From a virus (taxonomy: Duplodnaviria > Heunggongvirae > Uroviricota > Caudoviricetes), in IMG/VR virus record IMGVR_UViG_2695420380_000006: DNA of 21,296 nt; one strand, written 5' to 3'. Positions 9,158-21,058 of the stretch are shown here, in pieces. A model generated the notes under the pieces. That model had not been told where the DNA came from, searched no databases, and was given only the letters and a program-made list of their open reading frames with translations. Both the position numbers and the translations under genes were made by a program. Positions within the stretch are counted from its first letter, which is position 1. Each line of letters opens with the position of its first letter.

Positions 9158-9988
9158 ACCGGACTCCTCCTGCGATCCCTTCTGATACTGTCATCAGCAT
9201 TACGTCATCCTCCGTCATGTCCGCCACATCCGGGGAAGCGGGGATAACTTCATTCCCGTCCGGGCCAAAGCGGACACCTCCGGCAAGCCCTGCCGCTTTC
9301 TGCATCAGCACATCATCTTCAGGCTCTTCGTCAGCCTCGCGCCGGTTCAGCAGACTGAAATCCAGCGGATGCATCTCCGGATCGCTGAAAAACAGGCTGA
9401 GCACGGTGTACGTCAGCCCGGAAAAGTGCATATCCAGCAGAACATCATGAAAATAATGGGTACTGTAAAAGCGGTGCCAGTCGGCATACTCCGTGGATGA
9501 CATCCCGGCAAGCATGGCGCGCCAGTCGGGTCGCCCCATCTCACGCGCCAGTTTCAGGGCAAAACTCAGCTCACCGTCGAACACTTTCCCGCAGAAACAG
9601 GCTCTGCAGGCCCGGCGTCCTCTGCCTGTTCAGGAGCATCATTCACCACAAACTCATACATACCGGACAGCCGGTACACCACGTTTTCAGCATGAGAAAT
9701 TGCCTCTGTGGGCCAGGTGGTAAGCACTTCCTGCTCAATCTGTTTAACGGCTTCATTCATGGACGGCATCTGCGTCTTCTTCGGATGGTTATGCCACAGG
9801 GACATCGCAACCACAAAAGCGCCGGTTCTGATGGCGTCTTCCACAGTAAACTTCCGGTTGCTGTCTGACTCCGCCTGTTCTGCCTGCCGTTTCATCAGGT
9901 CGAGATGCTCAATACGCTGCAGGGCTGACAGTTCAGAAAGCGTGACGGTCACACCGTTATGTTCAAATGATTCGGTTTTCAGGAACAT
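9150..9988 (-). CDS. T: Tail assembly chaperone G-T fusion (copy 2), made by -1 programmed frameshift at 9584-9590
   Basis: G frame 9566-9988, T frame track ORF 9150-9584; plus-strand ctttccc at 9584-9590 is minus-strand GGGAAAG. Confidence 0.75.
9566..9988 (-). CDS. G: Tail assembly chaperone G (copy 2)
   Basis: 140-aa ORF MFLKTESFEHNGVTVTLSELSALQRIEHLDLMKR..., lambda gpG-like. Confidence 0.85.
   Translation of the reverse strand: MFLKTESFEHNGVTVTLSELSALQRIEHLDLMKRQAEQAESDSNRKFTVEDAIRTGAFVVAMSLWHNHPKKTQMPSMNEAVKQIEQEVLTTWPTEAISHAENVVYRLSGMYEFVVNDAPEQAEDAGPAEPVSAGKCSTVS
9584..9590 (-). promoter_or_regulatory. Slippery heptanucleotide G GGA AAG for the G to G-T -1 frameshift (copy 2)
   Basis: Same heptamer and same spacing to the G stop as in copy 1. 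Confidence 0.75.
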
Positions 9989-10003
9989 CGCTGACTCTCC
10001 GGA

Positions 10004-10744
10004 TTAACTGGCGGTGACGTTGATTTCTGCAACCGCAGCAAACTCACCATTACCAGATACGACCGGAATGTTGACCTTGCCTGCAGCAACACCTTTCACG
10101 GTGATGGTCATACCACTGACCGACACGGTGGCTTTTGTTTTATCCGCAGACACCGCACGGAAGCTCTTGTCGGTTGCGCCATCCGGCTGGAATGCCACGG
10201 TCAGCGTGGTGCTCTGCCCTTTCACTACGGAAGCACTGGCGGGTGTCACCGTCATGCCGGTCGTCGCCGTCACCGTGCTGCGATCTTCTGCCATCGACGG
10301 ACGTCCCACATTGGTGACCTTCACCGTGCGGGTAATCACCTCCTTCGCCGTCACCGCCTTACCGATACTGCTGACCCAGCCACGGAACACATCGACCGTG
10401 CCGTTCGGGAAGCGGATTTTATAGGCACGGGTATCACCTTCATTAAACCACGCCAGCAGCGCCTGCTGCCCCTGCTCTCCGGGCATCCACGCCAGCGTGA
10501 AGCTGGTATCTCCGGCAGATTTCTGCCCCTGCCCGGTCGCAGTCCAGTCTGCATCTTCATCATCGAGATAGCTGTCGTCATAGGACTCAGCGGTCAGTTC
10601 GCCGGGCGTCAGGTCTTTAACTTTTGCCAGACGCGACCAGTCAACGTCTGAAAGCGGGTTCGCATAAGGGTCACCGCTCCCCTTATAAACCCACAGGGTG
10701 GTCCCGGCACCTTTCACCGGCATTGTAGGATTTGGTACAGGCAT
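10004..10744 (-). CDS. V: Major tail tube protein V (copy 2, lambda-like)
   Basis: Track ORF 10004-10774; the likely true start is the internal [36 protein letters not shown]..., which matches the lambda gpV N-terminus. Confidence 0.85.
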   Translation of the reverse strand: MPVPNPTMPVKGAGTTLWVYKGSGDPYANPLSDVDWSRLAKVKDLTPGELTAESYDDSYLDDEDADWTATGQGQKSAGDTSFTLAWMPGEQGQQALLAWFNEGDTRAYKIRFPNGTVDVFRGWVSSIGKAVTAKEVITRTVKVTNVGRPSMAEDRSTVTATTGMTVTPASASVVKGQSTTLTVAFQPDGATDKSFRAVSADKTKATVSVSGMTITVKGVAAGKVNIPVVSGNGEFAAVAEINVTAS

Positions 10745-10751
10745 AGCGTCC

Positions 10752-11147
10752 TCACATTTCATAGATAATGACATAAGTCAGATCGGCTGAACTCCACAGG
10801 CCCGCATCATCGTCGCGCCGGTAGTCATAGCCGCTGGCCACCATACTGGTGATCAAATCTGACAGTGCCGGGATATCGCTCATCACCGGATAAATCCGGG
10901 ACTCCATCCACGAATCCAGCTCTGAATCCGGCACCTGAGCAGGCAGGAAAACTTCAATATGCAGCTCCGCCTGCCAGGTATCGCTGTCCAGCTCTTCGCC
11001 CGTGTATTCAGCGCCGGTGAGATAAACGGCAATTGCCGGAAAATCTTCCTCATCAAAAACAGCGGGGCGACCATCAAAAAGCGTCGCCCCGGTGTCATGC
11101 TTCTCCAGTGCATCCAGTACGGCTGCACGGAGTTCAGTATGTTTCAT
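10752..11147 (-). CDS. U: Tail tube terminator protein U (copy 2)
   Basis: 131-aa [46 protein letters not shown]..., lambda gpU-like. Confidence 0.85.
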   Translation of the reverse strand: MKHTELRAAVLDALEKHDTGATLFDGRPAVFDEEDFPAIAVYLTGAEYTGEELDSDTWQAELHIEVFLPAQVPDSELDSWMESRIYPVMSDIPALSDLITSMVASGYDYRRDDDAGLWSSADLTYVIIYEM

Positions 11148-11722
11148 CGCTTTATTACCATTCTCAGTTGATGCTGCAGCGCATAGCCCAGCTCTTTCGG
11201 AAGACGTTCACGCCGTATCCGTTCAATATTCTGTTTAAACGCCGTGGTCAGCGGCACCGCCATCGGGATTTTCACCACATCAATGGGGTAACGGTTTTTC
11301 CCGGCCACACGCTGCATAACATGCCACCGGCCGTTTTTCAGTTGCTGAATAAACGCGCCGGGAATACGACGGTTACCCACCACAAGCACGCTGCCGCCAC
11401 CTTTCAGGGATGAACGCTGCCCCTTTTTATGACGCCTGCGGCGGGACAGGACAACCCGCGCATTACCCAGCTTGATTACGGGCAAATCCCCCCGGTTAAC
11501 TTTGATTCTGGCCTGCGGATTTTTGACCGTGGCCCTTTTCAGCCTGGCCCTTTCCTTTACCAGTTTCCGGCGTACCTTTGTCTCACGGGCAACCTGTGAC
11601 GCAGACTGCGATATCGCGGATGAAGCAACGCGGTTAATGGCCATTGCGGCGGCACCGGGCACCGCCGTTTTGCTGATACGGCTGAGGTTTTCAACGGCCT
11701 GCTCAAGACCTTTTATGGCCAT
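11144..11722 (-). CDS. Z: Tail completion protein Z (copy 2)
   Basis: 192-aa ORF MAIKGLEQAVENLSRISKTAVPGAAAMAINRVA..., lambda gpZ-like. Confidence 0.85.
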   Translation of the reverse strand: MAIKGLEQAVENLSRISKTAVPGAAAMAINRVASSAISQSASQVARETKVRRKLVKERARLKRATVKNPQARIKVNRGDLPVIKLGNARVVLSRRRRHKKGQRSSLKGGGSVLVVGNRRIPGAFIQQLKNGRWHVMQRVAGKNRYPIDVVKIPMAVPLTTAFKQNIERIRRERLPKELGYALQHQLRMVIKR

Positions 11723-11733
11723 ACATCCCCCTT

Positions 11734-12087
11734 TCAGCGGCGACGGTTAACGGCAGGCGGTACGCCCCGTCCAAGCCAGAGATGACAACTTCCGCCATCA
11801 TCCGGCGAAACCCGATCTACCCAGAAATTTTCCTCACCGATGGTCAGCGTGTCTCCACGCCGCAGCTGCCGCACCTCATCAGTCCGGACAAACAGGGACG
11901 GGCTGGAGCCTTCAACGCGCACGCCCTGTCCGGCATAGCTGATATTTTCAGGGTCATCAAAAACACCACGTATCACCGCACCTGACTGCTCACCGGATGT
12001 CATGGTGGCTGACGTTCCCATGTACCCGCGTATCGTTTCATCGGCGCGGGCAATGGCAGCATCGAACAGGTTATCGAAATCAGCCAC
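11734..12087 (-). CDS. FII: Head-tail joining protein FII
   Basis: 117-aa ORF MADFDNLFDAAIARADETIRGYMGTSATMTSGEQSGAVIRGVFDDPENISYAGQGVRVEGS..., lambda gpFII-like. Confidence 0.85.
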   Translation of the reverse strand: MADFDNLFDAAIARADETIRGYMGTSATMTSGEQSGAVIRGVFDDPENISYAGQGVRVEGSSPSLFVRTDEVRQLRRGDTLTIGEENFWVDRVSPDDGGSCHLWLGRGVPPAVNRRR

Positions 12088-12098
12088 AGCGCCTCCCG

Positions 12099-12497
12099 TT
12101 ATTGCATTCTGGCCAGGCCGCGCTCTGTCATTTCGGCTGCCACACCGGCAGAGACACGAAACGCCGTTCCCGGCAGCACAAATGCCACAGGTTTATCCCG
12201 CGTGGCGTGAAGTGCATCAGTATGCAGCGTCACCAGTGCCACGACCGTGACCAGTTCAGCCGTATCCTGAATCACGGTATCCGGCTGCGCTGATACCACC
12301 TCATTTTCATGCCCGGTCAGCACATTTTCCCGGCTGAGAGGGGTGTCCTGACCGGCAGTTTCATCCGTGTCATCAAGCTCTTCTTCCAGCTCTGCCACAC
12401 GAAGCGCCAGTTCTTCTTTCGTTCCCGTCAAACTGACATCGCGGTTCAATTGCTCACCCAGCTCCTGAAGACGGGCAATCAGTTCATCTTTCGTCAT
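12099..12497 (-). CDS. FI: DNA-packaging / head assembly protein FI
   Basis: Track ORF 12099-12536 has a 13-aa N-terminal extension. The internal ATG (MTKDELIARLQELGEQLNRDVSLTGTKEELALRVAEL...) is preceded by GGAGGA with 5-nt spacing and gives a lambda gpFI-like 132-aa product. Confidence 0.8.
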   Translation of the reverse strand: MTKDELIARLQELGEQLNRDVSLTGTKEELALRVAELEEELDDTDETAGQDTPLSRENVLTGHENEVVSAQPDTVIQDTAELVTVVALVTLHTDALHATRDKPVAFVLPGTAFRVSAGVAAEMTERGLARMQ

Positions 12498-12518
12498 GAA
12501 CTCCTCCACAGAGAGAAA

Positions 12519-12536
12519 ATGGCCCCGAAGGGCCAT
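12519..12536 (-). terminator. Intercistronic stem-loop between E and FI: AUGGCCC-UUCG-GGGCCAU on the late mRNA, followed by a U/C-rich tract
   Basis: Perfect 7-bp GC-rich inverted repeat with a UUCG tetraloop, starting 2 nt after the E stop codon and ahead of the FI ribosome-binding site. Confidence 0.5.
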
Positions 12537-12538
12537 GA

Positions 12539-13564
12539 TTACGCCAGTTGAACGGACACGAACTCATCAGGATCAGCCAGCAGCATCAGCGGTGCTGACT
12601 GAATCATGGTGAACTCACGCGCCGGATCGCCGGTGGTCACCCAGTTTTTCGGGTAACGGGCAGAGGCGTTAATGCCTTCGCGCTGTGCGTCCGCATCCTG
12701 AATGCAGCCATAGGTGCGCAGACCGCGAGCCTGAGTGTTCCCCAGCACCATCGTGTTGTCCGGCAGGAAGTTCTTTTTGACGCCGTTTTCCACGTACTGT
12801 CCGGAATACACGACGATGGCCACATCGCCATACATTCCCTTATAGGACACCGCTTTGCCCAGGTCTTTTACCGCTGTCTCCAGCTCGGAATGAGAGCCGC
12901 GACGGGTATCCAGCTTCTCCTTGACGGCTTTGAAGGAACGGAACAGCGCCCAGCCTTTCGGGTCAAACACGATGATATTCACCACACCGCTGGCGTTCAG
13001 CGCGTAGGCTTCGATATCGTCGGTCGGGTCATACGTGGACTTGTCACGCTTGCTCCACTCCGTGACGCCGGACTGTGTGATGTTGTTCGCCGCACTGCGG
13101 CCCATATCCACCTCAACCGGATCGAAGGCTTCACCGGTCATGGTGTATTTGCCCTTGAGCACGGCAGAAACTGCCTGCATCTCTTCGACCTGAGCAATGG
13201 CCAGCTCTTCGTCACGCATGTTCTGCATGATGATGCGACGGCGGCGGTAAGCCGGGTCCGCCAGATTCTGCGGATCTTCATCCGGCAGGCGACGCAGGGT
13301 CATCTGCGGATTCACCTCATGCTTGGGTTTGACATATCCCGGCGTAAATTCAGAGGTGGAGCCGCCACGGGAACGGATAACCTCACCGGAAACAATCGGC
13401 GAAACGTACAGCGCCATGTTTACCAGTCCCGGAATTTGTGAGAGATAGACTTTCTCCGTAGTGAAGGGATAGCTCTCACGGAAAAAGAGACGCAGAAACA
13501 GCGGATCAAACTTAAATTTCTGCTCATTTGCCGCCAGCAGCTGGGCGGTTGTGTACATCGACAT
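12539..13564 (-). CDS. E: Major capsid protein E
   Basis: Track ORF 12539-13591; the likely true start is the internal MSMYTTAQLLAANEQKFKFDPLFLRLFFRESYPFTTEKVYLSQ..., lambda gpE-like. The 9-aa upstream extension overlaps the intergenic hairpin and is unlikely to be translated. Confidence 0.9.
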   Translation of the reverse strand: MSMYTTAQLLAANEQKFKFDPLFLRLFFRESYPFTTEKVYLSQIPGLVNMALYVSPIVSGEVIRSRGGSTSEFTPGYVKPKHEVNPQMTLRRLPDEDPQNLADPAYRRRRIIMQNMRDEELAIAQVEEMQAVSAVLKGKYTMTGEAFDPVEVDMGRSAANNITQSGVTEWSKRDKSTYDPTDDIEAYALNASGVVNIIVFDPKGWALFRSFKAVKEKLDTRRGSHSELETAVKDLGKAVSYKGMYGDVAIVVYSGQYVENGVKKNFLPDNTMVLGNTQARGLRTYGCIQDADAQREGINASARYPKNWVTTGDPAREFTMIQSAPLMLLADPDEFVSVQLA

Positions 13565-13577
13565 AAAAAAATCCCGT

Positions 13578-13599
13578 AAAAAAAGCCGCACAGGCGGCC
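13578..13599 (-). terminator. Intercistronic terminator-like hairpin between D and E: GGCCGC-CUGU-GCGGC followed by U7, then ACGGGA-U7 directly before the E start codon
   Basis: GC stem at 13585-13598 with a T-tract at 13578-13584 on the minus strand; a second T7 run lies at 13565-13571 immediately upstream of the E ATG. Confidence 0.5.
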
Positions 13600-13619
13600 T
13601 TTAGTGATGAAGGGTAAAG

Positions 13620-13765
13620 TTAAACGATGCTGATTGCCGTTCCGGCAAACACGGTCCGTTTTTTCGTCTCGTCNNNNNNNNNNCGTCTCGTCGCTGGCAG
13701 CCTCCGGCCAGAGCACATCCTCATAACGGAACGTGCCGGACTTGTAGAACGTCAGTGTGGTGCTG
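13620..13765 (-). CDS. D: Head decoration protein D, visible C-terminal part only; the 5' part lies in the 282-N run and a 10-N run interrupts the last codons
   Basis: Minus-strand translation of the visible sequence gives ...STTLTFYKSGTFRYEDVLWPEAASDET[N run]DETKKRTVFAGTAISIV*, a lambda gpD-like C-terminus with stop at 13620-13622. Confidence 0.75.
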
Positions 13766-14047
13766 NNNNNNNNNNNNNNNNNNNNNNNNNNNNNNNNNNN
13801 NNNNNNNNNNNNNNNNNNNNNNNNNNNNNNNNNNNNNNNNNNNNNNNNNNNNNNNNNNNNNNNNNNNNNNNNNNNNNNNNNNNNNNNNNNNNNNNNNNNN
13901 NNNNNNNNNNNNNNNNNNNNNNNNNNNNNNNNNNNNNNNNNNNNNNNNNNNNNNNNNNNNNNNNNNNNNNNNNNNNNNNNNNNNNNNNNNNNNNNNNNNN
14001 NNNNNNNNNNNNNNNNNNNNNNNNNNNNNNNNNNNNNNNNNNNNNNN

Positions 14048-14434
14048 CCGGGTTACCTGCAGCCAGCGGTGCCGGTGCCCCCTGCATCAGACGATCCAGC
14101 GCAGTGTCACTGCGCGTCTGTGCACTCTGTGGTGCTGCGGCCAGAATACGGCGGGGCGGNNNNNNNNNNNNNNNNNNNNNNNNNNNNNNGTTTCCACGGT
14201 CATACCGGGGGTTTCGGCCAGCACGCGTGCCTGTTCTTCGCGTCCGTGAGCCTCCTCACAGTTGAGGATCCCCATAATGCGACTGTTTTCTGCCGCAACC
14301 GCTGCGGTGATCTGCGCGTTCACGTCCGGCTGCGCCGCGCTGGCGTTCTCGCCCTCCGTCGCTTGCACCACGCCAGTAACGTCAGCCTGCGAAGCAGTGG
14401 CTGAAACAGTTGTTGATTGAGTCTCTTTGGTCAT
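14048..14434 (-). CDS. Nu3: Scaffolding protein Nu3, nested in-frame in the 3' part of C (internal start at 14434); 3' end masked
   Basis: Internal ATG at 14432-14434 preceded by AGGAGG with 4-nt spacing (minus strand CAGGAGGGCGA-ATG-ACC), giving MTKETQSTTVSATASQADVTGVV... In lambda, Nu3 is the in-frame C-terminal segment of C. Confidence 0.6.
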
Positions 14435-15338
14435 TCGCCCTCCTGAGAGACGGGATTTACGTGCATCCAGTGCATCACGCATGACGGTGATCGCATCGGT
14501 ACTGTTAACAAGTTCATCAGCCAGTCCGGCATCAATGGCCTCCTGACCGCTGTACACTGCAGCCTCGGTATCCAGCACAGCCTGCACGGACAGGCCGGTA
14601 TATGCCGACACCTTCTGTGCAAACATCCGGCGGGTTGCATCCATCCGGGACTGCAATGTTTCCCGGACATCATCCGGTAGATGGCTGTAGGGGTTGCCAT
14701 CCACCTTATGGCTGCCGCTGTAAATCAGCGTGATTTCCACGCCCTGTTTCTCCAGTGCAGCGCCGTAATTACTGTGAGCCATCATGACGCCGATGGAGCC
14801 TGTCCGGGCGGTCTGCGTGACCAGACGCCGGGAGGCGGCACTGGCAAGCAGCTGACCTGCGCTGCAGTTCATGTCATTGGCCAGCGCCCATACCGGCTTT
14901 ATGTCACGCACACGGGCGATGATGTCAGCGCAGTCAAATGCTCCCGCCACCATTCCGCCCGGTGTGTCCATATCGAGCAGAATGCCGTCCACCATCGGGT
15001 CGCTGGCAGCCTGTTGCAGACGGGCAATAATGCCGTTGTAACCGGTCATCCCCGAGTACGGCTGCAGCGCCCGCGTCCGGCTGACCAGCGTGCCGGACAC
15101 CGGCAGCACGGCGATGCCGTTCATTACCTGATAACTGCGGGCCTGTCGTGGTCCGTCATCATCACCGGATAACGCCAGCGCCGCGGGTGCCTCTCCGGCA
15201 GTCAGGCTGTCGCCGGATACTGCATCCGTCAGGCAGCTGATCCCAAGCTGGCCTGCAAGCGCACAAAAGAAAACCCGCGCATAGGCGGGTTCAAGCATCA
15301 GCGGCTCATTAAAAGCCATGCTGGCAATATGCGGGAGA

Positions 15339-15358
<20 letters not shown>
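14048..15358 (-). CDS. C: Capsid assembly protease / scaffold protein C (ClpP-like), GTG start; contains a 30-N run and its 3' end lies in the 282-N run
   Basis: Minus strand reads AGGAGGAGAAGA-GTG-ACAGCAGAG..., i.e. a strong ribosome-binding site then VTAELRNLPHIASMAFNEPLMLEPAYARVFFCALAGQLG..., lambda gpC-like. The C-terminal ...LMQGAPAPLAAGNP is visible at 14049-14087 in a different frame from the body, i.e. across the 30-N run. Confidence 0.8.
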
Positions 15359-19071
<3,713 letters not shown>

Positions 19072-19097
<26 letters not shown>

Positions 19098-19617
19098 TCA
19101 GCAACCCCGGTATCAGTTCATCCAGCGCGGCTGCTTTGTTCATGGCTTTGATGATATCCCGTTTCAGGAAATCAACATGTCGGTTTTCCAGTTCCGGAAA
19201 ACGCCGCTGCACCGACAGGGGGATCCCGTCGAGAATACTGGCAATTTCACCTGCGATCCGCGACAGCACGAAAGTACAGAATGCGGTTTCCACCACTTCA
19301 GCGGAGTCTCTGGCATTTTTCAGCTCCTGTGCGTCGGCCTGCGCACGCGTAAGTCGATGGCGTTCGTACTCAATAGTCCCTGGCTGGAGATCTGTCTCGC
19401 TGGCCTGCCGCAGTTCTTCAACTTCCCGGCGCAGCTTTTCGTTCTCAATTTCAGCATCCCTTTCGGCATACCATCTTATAACGGCGGCAGAGTCATAAAG
19501 CACCTCATTACCCTTGCCACCGCCTCGCAGAACGGGCATTCCCTGTTCCTGCCAGTTCTGAATGGTACGGATACTCGCACCGAAAATGTCAGCCAGCTGC
19601 TTTTTGTTGACTTCCAT
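19072..19617 (-). CDS. Nu1: Terminase small subunit Nu1
   Basis: 181-aa ORF MEVNKKQLADIFGASIRTIQNWQEQGMPVLRGGGKGNEVLYDSAAVIRWYAERDAEIENEKLRRE..., lambda Nu1-like with an N-terminal HTH. Confidence 0.9.
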
Positions 19618-19796
19618 TGTTCATTCCACGGACAAAAACAGAGAAAGGAAACGACAGAGGCCAAAAAGCCCGTTTTCAGCACCTGTCGTTTCCTTTCTTT
19701 TCAGGGGGTGTTTTAAATAAAAACATTAGGTTACGGCGAAGAAGAACGGAAACGCCTTAAACCGGAAAATTGTCATAAATAGCGAAAACCCGCGCG
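19618..19796 (-). promoter_or_regulatory. cos region: cosB (Nu1 binding / IHF region) plus the cosN-equivalent 12-mer at 19785-19796
   Basis: The minus strand upstream of Nu1 reads ...GGGCGGAAGGCG-CGCGGGTTTTCGCTATTTATGACAATTTTCCGGTTTAAGGCGTTTCCGTTCTTCTTCG..., closely resembling the lambda left end as I recall it. The flank on the other side (19797-19950) resembles the lambda right end. Confidence 0.7.
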
Positions 19797-20005
19797 CCTT
19801 CCGCCCCGTAACCTGTCGGATCGCCGGAAAGGACCCGCAAAATGATAATAATTATCATCTACATGTCACAACGTGCATCTACGCCATCAAACCACGTCAA
19901 ATAATCAATTATGACGCAGGTATCGTATTAATTGATCTGCATCAACTTAACGTAAAAACAACTTCAGACAATACAAATCAGCGACACTGAATACAGGGCA
20001 ACCTC

Positions 20006-20239
20006 ATGTCAACGAAGAACAGAACCCGCAGAACAACAACCCGCAACATCCGCTTTCCTAACCAAATGATTGAACAAATTAACATCGCTCTTGTTCAAAA
20101 AGGGTCCGGGAATTTCTCAGCCTGGGTCATTGAAGCCTGCCGCCGGAGACTGTGCTCAGAAAAAAGAGTTTCGCCTGAAGCAAACAAAGAAAAGAGTGAC
20201 ATTACTGAATTGCTCAGAAAACAGGTTAGACCAGATTGA
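20006..20239 (+). CDS. Small basic prophage protein of unknown function; resembles YlcI/YnfO-type (DUF3950-like) proteins found beside cos in lambdoid prophages
   Basis: 77-aa ORF MSTKNRTRRTTTRNIRFPNQMIEQINIALVQKGSGNFSAWVIEACRRRL..., in AT-rich DNA and oriented opposite to the late operon. Family assignment is from memory, not a search. Confidence 0.55.
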   Translation: MSTKNRTRRTTTRNIRFPNQMIEQINIALVQKGSGNFSAWVIEACRRRLCSEKRVSPEANKEKSDITELLRKQVRPD

Positions 20240-20296
20240 AGCAATTTAGATAATCGTGCAGACTACGCCCCCTCATATCACATGGAAGGTACTACA

Positions 20297-20707
20297 ATGG
20301 CTCAGGTTGCCATTTTTAAACAAATATTCGATAAAGTGCGAAATAATTTAAACTATCACTGGTTTTATTCTGAACTAAAACGTCACAATGTCTCACATTA
20401 CATTTACTATTTAGCCACAGAGAATATTCATCTTGTTCTTGAAAACGATAATACGGTTTTAATAAAAGGACAGGGTAAGGTTGTAAATGTAAGATTTTCA
20501 AAAAATAAATGCCTTATAGAAGCCACCTTAAAAGGATTCAAATCAGGAGAGTTATCATTTTACGAATACAGGAAAAATCTTGCTACAGCAGGGGTTTTCA
20601 GATGGATTACAAATATCCACGAAAACAAAAGGTATTACTATACCTTTGATAATTCATTACTCTTTACTGAGAACATACAGAACACTACACAAATATTTCC
20701 GCACTAA
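20297..20707 (+). CDS. Prophage protein of unknown function; resembles YbcV/YdfO-type (DUF1398-like) proteins
   Basis: Track ORF 20282-20707; the likely start is the internal ATG at 20297 ([31 protein letters not shown]...), preceded by GGAAGG about 8 nt upstream. AT-rich codon usage unlike the structural genes. Confidence 0.55.
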   Translation: MAQVAIFKQIFDKVRNNLNYHWFYSELKRHNVSHYIYYLATENIHLVLENDNTVLIKGQGKVVNVRFSKNKCLIEATLKGFKSGELSFYEYRKNLATAGVFRWITNIHENKRYYYTFDNSLLFTENIQNTTQIFPH

Positions 20708-20963
20708 ATCATAACGTCCGGTTTCTTCCGTGCCAGAACCGGACTCGCTGGCATGATGAAATATGTGTACCCGGTAACCCCGGTGTGCATCGTTTTTGAT
20801 TATTCCCGCACACTCGCGCAGAAGGAGTTCCCCGTCGGGCTACGGTCTCTGTTAATACGGGAATACGGCGACGATACAGCGCATGATGTGTCAGGCTTGA
20901 ATACCTTTATCCGTTAAAAGGGATATCAGTTAAGTTATCCCGTGTAGGGTATAAGCCATTATC

Positions 20964-20990
20964 AAAGCCACTCTGTAGGAAGTGGCTTTT
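20964..20990 (+). terminator. Candidate intrinsic terminator for plus-strand transcripts
   Basis: Stem AAAGCCACT / AGTGGCTTT with an 8-nt loop, followed by TTTTG, about 260 nt downstream of the 20297-20707 ORF. Confidence 0.45.
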
Positions 20991-20997
20991 GTAATGG

Positions 20998-21025
20998 CAA
21001 TAAAAAGCCCCGCGAATGCGAGGCT
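20998..21025 (-). terminator. Candidate intrinsic terminator for minus-strand transcripts entering from the right edge
   Basis: Minus strand reads AGCCUCGC-AUUC-GCGGGGCU (8-bp stem with one G-U pair) followed by UUUUUAUU, about 33 nt downstream of the candidate stop at 21059-21061. Confidence 0.5.
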
Positions 21026-21058
21026 AAATCCTGGTATTTGTAATGACTGGCTCTTATC

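Noticed and set aside
1-11722. Recent tandem duplication of the Z-U-V-G-T-H block by replication or recombination error
   Set aside because: The copies differ at many amino-acid positions and have largely unrelated central H segments, so they are distinct alleles, not a recent duplicate. Only the 156-bp block is identical, and that is treated as a separate finding.
12498-12536. N-terminal extensions of FI (MALRGHFLSVEEF) and of E (MRLFLRDFF, 13565-13591) in the ORF track
   Set aside because: The internal ATGs have good ribosome-binding sites and give lambda-length proteins. The extensions overlap the intercistronic hairpins and lack ribosome-binding sites.
20753-20854. 33-codon plus-strand ORF (MMKYVYPVTPVCIVFDYSRTLAQKEFPVGLRSLL) as a small protein gene
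   Set aside because: No Shine-Dalgarno sequence and no recognisable features; it cannot be supported from sequence alone. It is mentioned only as a possibility within the non-coding region finding.
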